From the NCBI RefSeq assembly GCF_902652985.1, contig NC_047021.1, forward strand, positions 33,108,001 through 33,172,000: 64,000 nucleotides of DNA, written 5' to 3'. Under the pieces are notes generated by a model. It ran no database searches. It was not told the DNA's origin and worked only from the letters and a program-made list of their open reading frames with translations. Position 1 is the first letter of the stretch; every line of letters starts with the position of its first letter. The translations under genes and the position numbers were made by a program. This document shows positions 14,547 through 27,121 of this stretch, piece by piece. Source of the DNA: Pecten maximus. Lineage: Eukaryota.

Positions 14547-17500
14547 ATGATATCACGGATGTACAGGGTCACTATATCCCTGGTGGGGTTACTATGGGGA
14601 TTTCTGCTTGTGTTCCCGGGGAGTGGGGACGGATTACGTGATTGGACTACGGACAGGTCCTACTGGAGGTGGCGATTAACCGGACCGTGGTACGGCCAGC
14701 ATTTCCGGGTCGCCGCATTTAATGTCAAATCATTCGGCAGGTCAAAGATGAGGAAACCGGAAGTCGCCAACATTCTAAAACAGGTATTTACGTATAATAA
14801 ATGAGTGGAATTGTATTCAATAAGACTAGAGGACCTTTAGAAGTTTGTTCTTTTTGACAATTTTTCAAGACCCCTTACAATTAATTTGTTCTAGATATGT
14901 TCATGCGTATAGTATTTTGTATGTTAACATATGGTGAAAATATGTAACCTAATTCTACTGTATTTTTTCTCTTCAGTGGCGTACTGAAGATTGACATACT
15001 TCTCAAATAATGGTGTATTTTTCCTTAAATATGTTTAAGGTATCCATCATAACTTACTTAAGATGATTTATATATTACTTTCTTTCCTTTTTCACTTTCA
15101 TGGTCAAATTTGTCAAATCTGCTTTTAATTCGAGCCGCTATTTTCTGTTCATTGTTGTAGAGAATATTTCTTCTTTTTATTTAAAAGGCAAAAAAGTCCA
15201 GATGAGTTAAAGAAATATGAAACCTGGATATCTAAAGATCCCTATACGAGTTATTGTATAGATCTGATGGTTGATGGGGAAAGCCACAGTTTGTTCAACT
15301 AAATTCTCACTATTAAATAATTGAATTAATTTGGCATTGCCAACGTTGAACTCAGTATTGTTGAATGTCTCATCTTTCGGATATCATAATACGCAACATT
15401 TAAATCGCCTCCTGTGGACGTCATTAACAAATCTGAATAAGAACTTTTGATAAAAGAGTCAGCATATCTATCTATCTATATCTATCCCTAACATATGAGT
15501 GTTGTTGCTTAGTAATAGCCGCTAAAAGCAGAGTAGATACTGGCATTAGGAGGATCCTCGACCAGACAAATATTCGTATGATTGGTATTGTACTTCATTA
15601 ATTGTAATAGGTTGCTTTTGCAATTGCAATTCACTTGCCTTTCACATAGGCGGCCGGGGTTCGATTCCCTGATCGGACGTAAAAAGGTATGAGGTCACCT
15701 GCCCGACCATGTGGGTTTTCCCCGGGTACTCCGGGGACCCTTCGCGCGCTTCCATCCGGGCCAACAAGCGTGATTAATATAAGTTGATACAACATGTTTC
15801 TCAATTGTTGTAAAATAAAGTTAACAATAATTGGCTGCTAACCTATTCTATAGAGTAAAAGTATGGGGGTTGATCAACATAGCAAGTCTCTGGTTTTCTG
15901 CTAGAGTTAAAAGAGCAATTTGATATACATGTATATCCCAGAACCCCATACTTTAACCATGTCATTATACCGATACAGATCGGAGTAACCATCGGAGAGA
16001 TAGTTTCAACTAAAAATATGTGTAAATCCTATCAACCAGTGTACCTAGTTCCATCCACCTCTTGCCTGATTGGCTCGGAAAAAGCATCCGAGTAGTTCAG
16101 CAAGGGTGATTTAGCACTCAGACTAACACACAGGACTAAAACACTTGTAAGCGAAGTCTAGATATAAACTATTTTACCAGTTATGCTTATATAGAGTAAA
16201 AAAGAGATGCATTCATATTTGCTTACCCACGAAGATATTTTAGATTTTCTATTAACAGCAAGGGTCTGGATTTATCTTTTGTTCTGCTCATTAGAGTGTG
16301 TAACTTCAAAGTTGTATGTAAATACAGAGGTGTTTTATCCTACCTCTGTTCTAATCTATCTTATTTATTTGACTGTTTTCTACTTTGTACCAGATTGTCC
16401 TGGAGTATGATATCATCCTTATTCAGGAGATCCGAGACTCTCGCGGGAGGGCTCTCCGAAAACTGCACAAAAGTATAAATAAGTAAGTTTACGTTTTTTC
16501 ACATTTTTTTTAAACCAAATATTTTACACAATAAACGAAATGGATCAAAATAATGGGAAGATGTGCATCCCCTTCTATAATGTCAGATGTTTTGTGTTCT
16601 TCATTTGGTCTCCCCACCTTGATTGCATGCTTTCGAGCGCTAGCATCACTAAAATTATTAGTCGTGTGCTGTATGACGAAGATTTATATTATTTAGGACA
16701 TACTACATAGATTACTGAATTGATATTTAAACGTGCTGTACACTTCTGTGTCTTTTTGCGATTGTTTGAGAATCCAGGTTTGGGGGGGGGGGGGGGGGGG
16801 GGGGGGGGAGTTGTAGGAATGAAGGTGAACAATGTTCAATTGTTAAAAATGTTCAATTGTTAAAAATGTCCTGATATGTCCTATAGCATACAAATTTACA
16901 AATTACATATTTCGAGTAATTCTCGACATTATAACTGTTTGTTACGTGTCCTCAACCAGAACTATGCCGTACGGACTTGTGAACAGTAAACGTCTCGGAA
17001 GATCATCTTATAAGGAACAATACGCATTCTTCTACCGGTAAGTTTGCGTAGTGTGAATGATTTTATGAAGCAATTGATATAAATGTAAAGATATAGTTGT
17101 AAATATTATCAATTTATAATGCTTGTACATCTTAGCGGTAAACTTCTTTTAAAGCAGACGCCCTAACAGTTAAATACAATATTATTTATACGTGTATATT
17201 GGTCATTTTGTACACTCGCCAGTTCCAATTCTTCGGGAAAGTCTGCACAAATCTATCTATGTTACATGTACATGTACATCCGTCAACGCACTCATCTTAA
17301 AAAAAACATTCAATTTACAAAACACAAATAAAATCAGGCAGGCCAGCGAACATTTATTTCCAAAAAGCAAGAGCGGAAAATATATCCTATGTATAAATAA
17401 CATGTACATGAATCATAAATTACATTTTGGGGAATTATTTATAATATAGTGAAAGAGCTCTACTTTGACAAATAATTAGACGAAATAACACAAGATATTA

Positions 17501-20500
17501 GCGTAGCACATCTAAAATTAGGGTCAGATATATAGTTTTAAGTCAAAATAAATGTAACTGCACCATACAGCTATTTTGCCTTCCTTATGCTCGTCGGTGA
17601 TGTTAGTGATATCGTACAGCTGTTTTGTTTTTTAGTACTCATTGGTAAGGTTAGGGATATCATACAGCTGTTTCATTTTTCTAGTACTCGGTAGTGATAT
17701 TATGGACACCATACAGCCGTTTTACCTTTCTAGTACTCGTCGGTGATGACAGTGATATCGTAGAGCTGTTTGTTTTTCTAGTACTCGTAGGTAATGGCAG
17801 GGACACCGTACAGTTGTTTTGCCATTCTAGCACTCGTCGGTATTACTAGTGGTGCTAAGTTTTAGTCATATCAATATTTGATTTAAACATATTTATCGTT
17901 AAACTTCTAACAACGGATAAAACACAAGTTATTACAACTTATCTACTCCCAATATACATTTACATATAGAAGAGTAGTGACACAATGAACAATGTATATT
18001 TTTACAATAAAGAGTAGTAAATAAGTGTTACCATAAACATCATTCTGACACCAGCTATTTACACATAGCATGAAGGATATCTGCAAAAAGAATCCACCGT
18101 TTTGTATTTTTAACCGCAATTCATTTTTGTTTTTTAAAAAAACACTTATTAAATTCTAATTACTTAAGTGGTATCGAAAACCAGTAATTGGGATACATTT
18201 GGGATATCTTATTTGTCATATAAATACCAGTAACGGCATGTTATATGTCGAACAAGACTTCCGTTACAAGAAGTACAATAGCTTTCAACACATATCTGAA
18301 CAATGGGAGTAAATTATATCATATAGAGGCTTATTGTAAATATCATTGTAATGAAGGATTATTGATAACGCGGTTCACTATCAAGGATATTGCAGTTTCG
18401 TTTGATAAATTGTGATAAAGTCCTTATAAATACCTGTTTAAAATTGTTCAATCCACATCATCACAAAAAACAAATGTATGCTTGTGATCGGTCGTAAAGA
18501 TTGTGTTCGTATCCAATAGTGTTTTTGTTTTTCAAGGCCGGACAAGCTTTCCGTCGTAAAGAGCCACCAATACCGCGATACCAACAAAGTGTTCGAGAGG
18601 GATCCATTTAGCGTGCTTCTTCAACCAAATAACACAGACCCAGGTAACAAGATATATAGTATAGTCTGTATCCGGTTAGCGCTACTGACCGAATATAAGG
18701 CTACACATAGTACAGTTCATACCATAAAAGAGTATCTAGAATTGTCATTTTAGCGTGATTTGCGCAGATCTGTAATATATCTGTATCATGTTTGAAAAAA
18801 ACAACAACAGTAATTTGTGTGTTCATACTTAATCGATACGAGTACATGTACATGATTGTGATCATGTGCGCGAGATAGGACATAATTCTGTATTTCAGTC
18901 TGATCATGTTTGCAGATTGTGTGCCTCACCATACAGAGGTGCATGCTTTGTCCTTCAAAACGTAATGTAATCAGAATATGCATGAATTCATACGCGTGCG
19001 TGCATGAATTAGTACATTATACATAAGTATGCATTAAAGTTGCCTTCAGTTATACGTTTTAGTTGATTTACTGAAGGTGCTGCATTTGCTGTGATTGGTA
19101 TCCACGCTAAGCCGTCAAATGCCGTGGCAGAAATAAAACACTTGTTTGACGTGTACAAGGATTTGGTGAAAAGATGGAATGTAACTGTAAGTATAACGTT
19201 AGGATTTAAACTTCATACCAATTGAATAAAATGTAAGCATAAAAAATAACCCTTAAATAACAATTTCATAATTCACCTTACTCCTATAACATAAGAGGCC
19301 GCTGGTCGGCTCTTTTTCTATCGGATATTATTTTGCCGACTGCGACCTCTTATTTCCGAAGCACTAATTCTTTGATGCAGTTTCCGCCCGAAATCCGGGC
19401 GGAACTAAATATGCTTGAAAAAAACACTTAAGAGGTTGACAGGTCATTACAACGATGTCTACGTATCATGTATGCAATATTCATCCCATATGTATGTCAC
19501 AGACACAAATATATAGTATAATACGGTGTATAACGCACAAAATACATGCCCATGTCGTTGTAGCACTTTTCTAGTCGTTTTTAAAAATGGCTGCCTTAAG
19601 GTTGATACAAAATAGTTGTCGTTATTTCAAACGAAACGAAATGATACGGACTTTGTTGTATTCCGCTTGTAGGACATACGTTGTAATCCAATTTTGTATT
19701 AACCGGCAAATCACGTGGTATTTTTACTATCACTAACGGCAGTATTGTCTGCTTGCGCTCTGCTCCGCTTCGGAAGAAGAAAACTTCATAATATGTGTTT
19801 GTTACGAAATTATTCTCATTTAATCATTGGATTATGGAAAGAAATATATATTGGACACCGTTGATCATTTAAATGTAAGTTGACACGCTATATTTTTGCA
19901 ATAAACGAACTTTGAAAATTTCATCGTCAGCATCGGGAAAATCAGCTATGGGCAGTTAGAGGTTACACGGCGCTAGTCAAAAGTATCTCGTCGTGTAAAA
20001 CCTCTAACATTGTTGGAGTAAATTCACCTTACCTTGAAATAACCATAAACCTTTAAATATAACTTGAACACCACCACTACGTGATAAGTGTAACCATGAC
20101 AGCCATACAATGATTAATATAACATCAACATAACCGTGTCATAATTTACTTACTCTATCATAACCTACCAATGATGGACGTAATTCTAGCATAGTAACAT
20201 TATTATAAGACCAAATCCCGACATAACCAAACCACACGATAACCAACGTAACCCCAATTCATACCAACACTACATGATAATAAAAGTTTCTACCACAAAA
20301 GGTGGGTGTTACTCAACTTACAAGGCATGGAATAATCATTACAGCTGTTGAATAACATTCAGTTTATACCACACGTGGAATAAACTCTAAATGCGTTTTG
20401 ATTGGTCGACACGGTGCACTTTGACCGGGACTAATTTTAATAACGTTTCAATGCAATTGTATTGGCTAACATTTGAAGGTCGCTTCACGATGTCCTGGAA

Positions 20501-23050
20501 ATGATATCCCATAAGAAGTAGTTGGCAGTTTTGTTATATTCTTGAAAATATATAACTTCGCAGTTGTTTTGTTATATTCTTGAAAATATATAAAGATTTT
20601 TATCAATTTATTTCTATGAAAGAATAAACCTACTTATCATTTTGTTATGATTTGTATAAGGAATTGTAATATTTCCATACATTTCCGAATTTGTCAGTTT
20701 TGCATATTAACTAGCGGCATTTTAAATGAGGTCATATACTTACACAGCACCTTATGAAAAGAACACACGTTGACACAAAACAGGTAAACTCATCCTCAAA
20801 TAGCTTTTCTATCGTGGTAGAAACAGGTCACACAAACTCGTGGTTGTTGTATATGGTATTTCTTTCACTCTCGTTAGTCATTTTTCTAAAGTTACAAAAA
20901 AAAAATACTAGCTAAAACTTTTTTTTTTGTAATTTCGTGTTTTTTGTTTTGTTTTTTTGTTTTTTGTTTTTTTCGTGTTCGTTTTTTTGTAACTTTTGAA
21001 AAAAATAACTTACTCAAGTGAAAGTAATACCATATATACCACACGACAATCAACATAACACCAACATAACTACACCATACGTATCTATCGTACCTATATT
21101 TACATTTTTTGGTGTTATATTCCTTTGTTTTGTGTCACTTTTATTTACTTTTCTCATTTCCAGAACGTTATGATCATCGGAGATATGAATGCCGATTGTT
21201 CCTACGCGAGCATTGCGCAGCTTCGAGAACTACCAATATATATGACAGGCCACTTCCGGTGGTTGATCAACAACGATGCTGATACAACAACATCTAACAA
21301 GACAAATTGTGCTTACGATAGGTATACCGGACAATGTACCATGTGATACTATAGATCACACTATCACTTGTGAGGGTAATTGCAGTATGTGATTATATAA
21401 GCCATGACATCAGGTGATGATGTTGGTCATTGTTTACGGTTGCTATTTCGGCTCCCATTGGCTCATCGACAGAGTGAAACGAAAGGAAGTAATTGTGATA
21501 GATCAGAATAGCAGACGTCCTGTCGATATGTTATACAAATTTCTGTTGAAATAAAATGTATTATCATTATATTTTGTAATGTGAAGCACTTTAGAGTAAT
21601 TTTGCAAATGATCTATAACAAAAAAATATCTTTAAAAAAAAAGATAAACGGCATAGTTTTAATGCTGGTGGCTATAATGTAAAACTGCTGGTGAAATAAA
21701 TTAACGAATTAATGCGTTTCAGCACGGAAAACAACATTTGTTTCAGTTTGAATCATTTTTGGTGATAATAAGACTGCATTTGAATCAGGAATATAATTTT
21801 ATTAATGTGTCATTTGAAAAGATACATCCACTTATTCAACCTTAATCTTAACTTTGTTTCGTTTTTAACTCCATATCTGCATTTTGCATTTACCGCTACA
21901 TTGACCAATCACATACTTCATCCTGACCAGTAACGCCACCTGTCCCGTCATATCCGGGGCCAAAAGAATATTATACGGCTATGCCGAAAAATGCTGGTTA
22001 TCATTATTCTGTCTGGCATATAAGGCCAAGCTTAACACAACAATCTTGATATGCCAATTTTTTTTCCTATTCAATCTTGAAAATTCTTACTACATATTCA
22101 GCAGTTGTGTCTTAAATGAAATTTCAAATCACAATTTCATTCTTCTTTCCCTTAGACTTCTGTATACTGGCCGACGACTTGAGTATGCTGTTCTACCATG
22201 GACTGCCGGTCCCTATCTTTTTGACAAAAGTTATGGATTGACAAATGATCAGGTAACTGCTTTGGTGCTGGAGCACACATGGTTCCTGCTATATAAATGT
22301 ATTTAACATATCAAACCTGTACACTCTGGTATTTTGTAACTCATTTTCTTAACGAAGTACGTGAGATGTATTACGCAACGAAAATCGTACAGTACATTTC
22401 GGGGTAGATCTATATACATTTTTTGTTTTGTATACCTTCATTTCATTTTAAATCGCATCTTATTCGTGAAATATAAAAACATATCAAATTGGTGAAAGTA
22501 TTTTCTTTAAAAATAAAGCAAACACACTAGTATCAATTATATTAATATTTGCTAGCGTCTTTCGTATTAACATTTCACTCATGTGACTTTTACTTTGGTA
22601 TATTTCCCTCATACTGCCTACTCGTGAAAGATATTAAATCTTTGGGCTTTCAACACTCGTGAAATATAAATATCCCTTATCTATTTCTTGGAATTATTGG
22701 ACAAATGTATATTTTTTTTCACAGTCTCCATATAAAGCTACATGTACATTTTGTATATTGGTTTATATTTTGCCCTCGTTTCATCGGTTATTATTTAGAA
22801 TAATGGTTTCGTTATTATGTCGGTATTCTTTGTTGTAATTATGATATTCATACAAGTTTTTCAAAAGAAGAAACATGAGTGACATGTTACACAAAACTGT
22901 CAAATAAAAGTCAATAATGAAACTAACATATAACCGTACACTCGAGTTTCTGCTGGATTTAGTGTAAATATGACGTAATATGTTTTATTTTGTTCACAGA
23001 CGAAAGCTGTTAGTGACCATTATCCTGTCCATGTCGACTTAATGTTTTGA
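14547..23050 (+). CDS. Secreted deoxyribonuclease I-family protein, 308 aa
   Basis: Exons 14547-14783, 16394-16482, 16960-17037, 18537-18643, 19077-19186, 21164-21321, 22156-22252 and 23000-23050 (927 nt, GT-AG). Signal peptide; motifs AAFNVKSFG, IQEIRD, LGRSSYKEQY, GIHAKP (catalytic His), GDMNADCSY, CAYDR, SDHYPV. Confidence 0.93.
15630..15820 (+). mobile_element. 5'-truncated tRNA-SINE with V-like core in DNase intron 1
   Basis: B box GGTTCGATTCCC, core GTGGGTTTTCCCCGGGTACTCC, A-rich end. Confidence 0.7.
16782..16808 (+). repeat. Poly-G tract (27 nt)
   Basis: Direct read of the sequence. Confidence 0.9.
17560..17850. repeat. ~49-bp minisatellite, ~6 diverged copies
   Basis: crtacagctgttt...ctagtactcgtcggtgatg recurs at about 17564, 17613, 17661, 17710, 17759 and 17807. 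Confidence 0.8.
20330..21048. mobile_element. Non-autonomous repeat ending in a long imperfect hairpin
   Basis: Arms of ~60 bp at 20840-20905 and 20980-21048 (tatatggtatt..tttcact...aaagttacaaaaaaa and its complement). Left boundary is approximate. Confidence 0.45.
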
Positions 23051-24044
23051 TATTTGAATCATCACCTGAAGCCACCATGAGCAGTAGAACCAGTAACAAT
23101 AGGAAATTCTGTACACTTCGAATACTGATATGCTAATTGTCGGCTTTATGTTACGACTTAATGATAAAATATTTTTTGTACTCAAGAGTTATTTTATTTT
23201 TAAACATACCTCACACACACACCTATAGTATTAAACTGATCTGATCAGGAGTCTATAACTACATGTAACGCCTTTTGTTTTCTCTTCTTTGATACAATCC
23301 ATTACTTTGTCTAGTAGTCACCTGCTTCCACCAAAAGGACATAATCCATCATATTCACTCCAGCATTGAAGCACTTTCAATTCTTAATACGTTATTCGGC
23401 GTCATAACAGGCATACTGTGTGTGAAATTAAAAGCCTTTTGAATCAAATTCTTTCTAGCTTGTCTATATAGTGACATGGCAACGGATGAGATGATGGTCA
23501 ACAAGTTAAACAAGTCAGAGATGTATAAGATAACAAATATTTACTTACATTGTACATGTACTTATCGGACCTGTGATGGAACTTTGATTTTGTAATTGTT
23601 TGGCCACTTTATAAACGAGACAACACTCGAGTTACTTAACACCAAAACATAAGAAAACAAGAGACGCCAAAAAACCTAAAAACAAAATTTCTACAAATAA
23701 ACATTCATATCGGCATTTTCTAATTCAATCATAAATTGAAATGATCTAAGCTTGCTCCTAAAGCTAAAGGTTATTTGTCCGCACCAGAAATGTTTTACAT
23801 GATCCGGGCAATTGCATCTGGTTATTATCTATAGAAAAAAAATCAGTCCCTACCCCTATTGTATCAACAAGGTGCAGCACTTACAAAGTCGGAAGTAGAG
23901 GGCGAGCTTCGATTCACTTTGAATGTTAGTTATATCAAACTATTTATCAAATGCTCAAATAGTTCAGTAACGTACCTTGGTTAAGAATCCTTAAATATCA
24001 ACGAATGTTATTCTTTTCTCCTGTGACAATAATTTAAAGATGAA

Positions 24045-24080
24045 ACAAGAGGCCAATGGGCCTTAACGGTCATCTGACTT
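24045..24080 (-). mobile_element. 3' terminus of a HINE-type element; decayed body at about 24830-25030
   Basis: aacaagaggccaatgggcc is the reverse complement of a hairpin+tcttgtt end like that at 38289-38308. Confidence 0.55.
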
Positions 24081-24194
24081 CCGTTCCGTAGTCGAAGCAT
24101 CGTCCGCTAGTACGCCCGCTTTTGGTCCATTTTTCATCCTTAAATTATTCACATACCAATTCTCACAAGACAAAAGAATAGCATGCGTTGATAT

Positions 24195-24660
24195 CTAAGG
24201 AGCAGGAGAACCGGCTAGAACAGGAGCGGGAGGACGATTACCAAGAATAGAAATAAACGTTGGCAGATGAGCAGGAACGGGAGGAAGATGAACAGGACCC
24301 GAAGGGGTAGGAGCTGTTAAATGAGAACTAAGAAGATGAGCAAGAGTAGGAGGACCAGCTAGAACAAGAGCGGGAGGAAGATAAATCATAGTTGGAAGAA
24401 AATGCGTAGGGGTTTAAGCGGGAGGATGTAGGATCAGAAGATGAGCAGCAAGAGTAGGAGTTGAAGGAACCGCTTAAAGTCGAGCAGGAGTAGGAGGACC
24501 AGCTGGAGTAGAAGGAACAGCTGAACACGAGCGGGAGGAGATAAATAGGAGCTGGAAGATGAGTAGGAATGGAAGTGAGAAGAGCAGCAGGCAGATGATG
24601 AGCAGGAGTAGGAAGAACAGCTGGAAGATAAGGAGCACAGGTAATAGCATGAGAAGCTTG
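24195..24660 (+). repeat. Purine-rich decayed repeat with triplet periodicity (GAG/CAG/GAT)
   Basis: One + frame reads as E/Q/D-rich sequence with many TAG/TAA stops. Confidence 0.7.
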
Positions 24661-25310
24661 ATCCTGCAGGTTATTACGATGTCACTTGATGAGTAAAATT
24701 TACGTTTCATTAGTGTAGCTTCACATTAAACCATATGATAATTTGCTCTATATATTACAAAAAATCATAAAGGAACTATTCAACTTCCGAGTTATTGACA
24801 TAGTCCTAGATAAAACAGACAACACATTTGATCCTATGAGTAAGGGTCAAGGTCATTCCATTTTGCAAACTTTGCCAGATATCATCCCAGGAACCTATCA
24901 GGCCTTTAGTTAATCAGAAGACATTTGAGGGTTTTAACAAATTGAGCTCTGTGGCCTTTATATCAAATGTGTCAAGATTATTCCTTTCGCATCTTCATCA
25001 GTGATGCTAAGGGCTTAAAGTGTTGAAACTAGGAGACGACGGAAGGATCTCAAAATAGACGGAAAGAAATGTCAAAATCAGGATGGGGAGGTACAATAGT
25101 CCTGTTAATAAAAAAATTGTCTAATTTTAATTTTGGATTTCAAAGAATGTCATGTAAGAGTATATTCAGAACTGGGTCACTATTAAAAGAATTTAAAAAT
25201 ATTAAAGTGTATTTTTGAGAAAAAACATCTGTTTTAATTTTTATTTAACTTAATGACACTAAAAATAGTATTTACATACAACGATGCAAGAGTTAATTAA
25301 CATCGATATA

Positions 25311-25780
25311 AATTTAACTCACCATTCAGATAAATTTAATAATTACATACTCTCTCTCTCTCTCTCTCTCTATGTAAATGTGGGTATACGTATGACATTG
25401 TTTTGAATGTGTATGTATGTTTTGTGTGTATATGCTATATCTAAACGGTGCAATCAGTGTGGAGCCTGGTCAATGGTGCCGATGACTCAGTTGATGTGGC
25501 AAGAGTTGATATGACCTACACAGAAGCTGAGCCCTCGACAGGATTGATCAGGCTACCAGGAAACTGAATATGTAAATGTGTGTGGGATGGATGTATGTTT
25601 ATCAGAATATGTAAACAGGTATAGGAGTATGTATGGTTTTTATGTATTTATCCTTGTAGTTAAATTGATGATGATGATGAGTATATGATGATGATTATTA
25701 TTATATGATGATTAGTATGATGATGAGTATGATGATGATGATGATGATGACTATGATGATGATTATATTATGATAAGATT

Positions 25781-25818
<38 letters not shown>

Positions 25819-26282
25819 GATGATGATGATGAGGATGATGATGATACGATTATGATGATGATGATGATATCATGATGAGATTATGATGATGATGAAGTTT
25901 ATTATTATGATGACTGATGATGATGGTTATGAGTATGATGATTATGATGATAATGATTAGTATGATTATGATGATGAGATTATGATGATGATGACTATGA
26001 TGATGAGGATGATTATGATGTTTATGATGATGATTAGTATGATGATGATATTATGATGATGATTATTTTTATGATGATGATTTTAATGTTTAAGTAGGAT
26101 GATGAGATTATGATGATGAAAAATATAGGTTATGATGACAGTGAAGACGATATTATGATTATGATGATAGCAAACCATACATATTGGAATCGATGTGTGT
26201 TTGTGTGTGTGATTCTTATGTATTTATGTATTAAAAATGTCTTTAAAAAAAAAAAAAAAAAAAAATTAAAAATATAAAAAAA
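25311..26282 (+). mobile_element. 5'-truncated poly(A) retroposon (L1/Tx1-type 3' UTR or retrocopy)
   Basis: 12-bp TSD aacatcgatata at 25299-25310 and 26283-26294; ATTAAA at 26230; poly(A) from 26245. Confidence 0.75.
25665..26170 (+). repeat. Degenerate (GAT)n microsatellite inside the retroposon
   Basis: Direct read of the sequence. Confidence 0.95.
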
Positions 26283-27121
26283 AACATCGATATATAAGAG
26301 CAGATTCTAAGTGTTTAAATTTATTTTCGGTATCATGAACTTTGCCTTTTTTTGTAAATTATATTTTAAGAGAAAGATGTGAAACACATGAAACAATAAA
26401 GATCATTTTTTGTCTCTTTACTACATACCATGACAATTTATAAAGGTCTTGCTCTATATCGATATCACATATGGGTATTGTTATGTTATTGTTTATATGC
26501 GCTATGGAGATTTCTTACTAACTTCATTTACATTTCCCAAATCTGGCAAAATTCCTGGTCACGGCACCAAATTGTAATAGAAAGGAGTAATAAAAAATAT
26601 TCTAACCATACATGGTCTAAAAAGGTTAGAAGGCATAAATTAATGTCATTGGTCCTTTAATTTGGAACAGGCGAGCAAAATTAATCATACATGTATTGTC
26701 GTTTCATTAGCCTCATCGATCTTTATGGACAATTTGTGGTTCAATACTAAAACTAATTTTAAACATTTACTATTTAAAGCACTGGTACTAAAAGACGAAA
26801 AAGAGTTGTAACTGTAACTGTAACTTTGTATGTTTAGTTTTTTTTAATAAAAAAAAAAACACTACTTTTAAGGGATAAGTAATGATTTATTTCAAATTAC
26901 AATTCTAGTTTATGTGTCATATTTTCATCCTTGTCTAGGTAGTGGGAATTCTGATTGAAACTTTAAGAGGATTTCATTTCATATTTCAATGAATTTATTC
27001 TATACAATTATTAGTTACTTGTGCTATTGGGGTTATATTTGATGAAAATACTTCCATCTTACAGGTATATACAACAGAATATGTGCAATAGCAATTATGT
27101 GCCTTATCCAATGACTGCCAA

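Noticed and set aside
16782-16808. Functional G4 at the poly-G tract
   Set aside because: Simple homopolymer whose length is unreliable in assemblies.
24195-24710. Minus-strand Pro/Ser/Leu-rich ORFs
   Set aside because: By-products of the purine-rich repeat.
25478-25567. Hammerhead ribozyme, SECIS or C/D snoRNA
   Set aside because: CCGATGA and GAAAC do not close a stem II and the cleavage triplet would be GUG; there is no 3' GA quartet partner for SECIS; the C box is imperfect.
25665-26170. Asp-rich shell-matrix protein exon
   Set aside because: Frequent frame-breaking indels and no splice or start context; it lies inside a retroposon.
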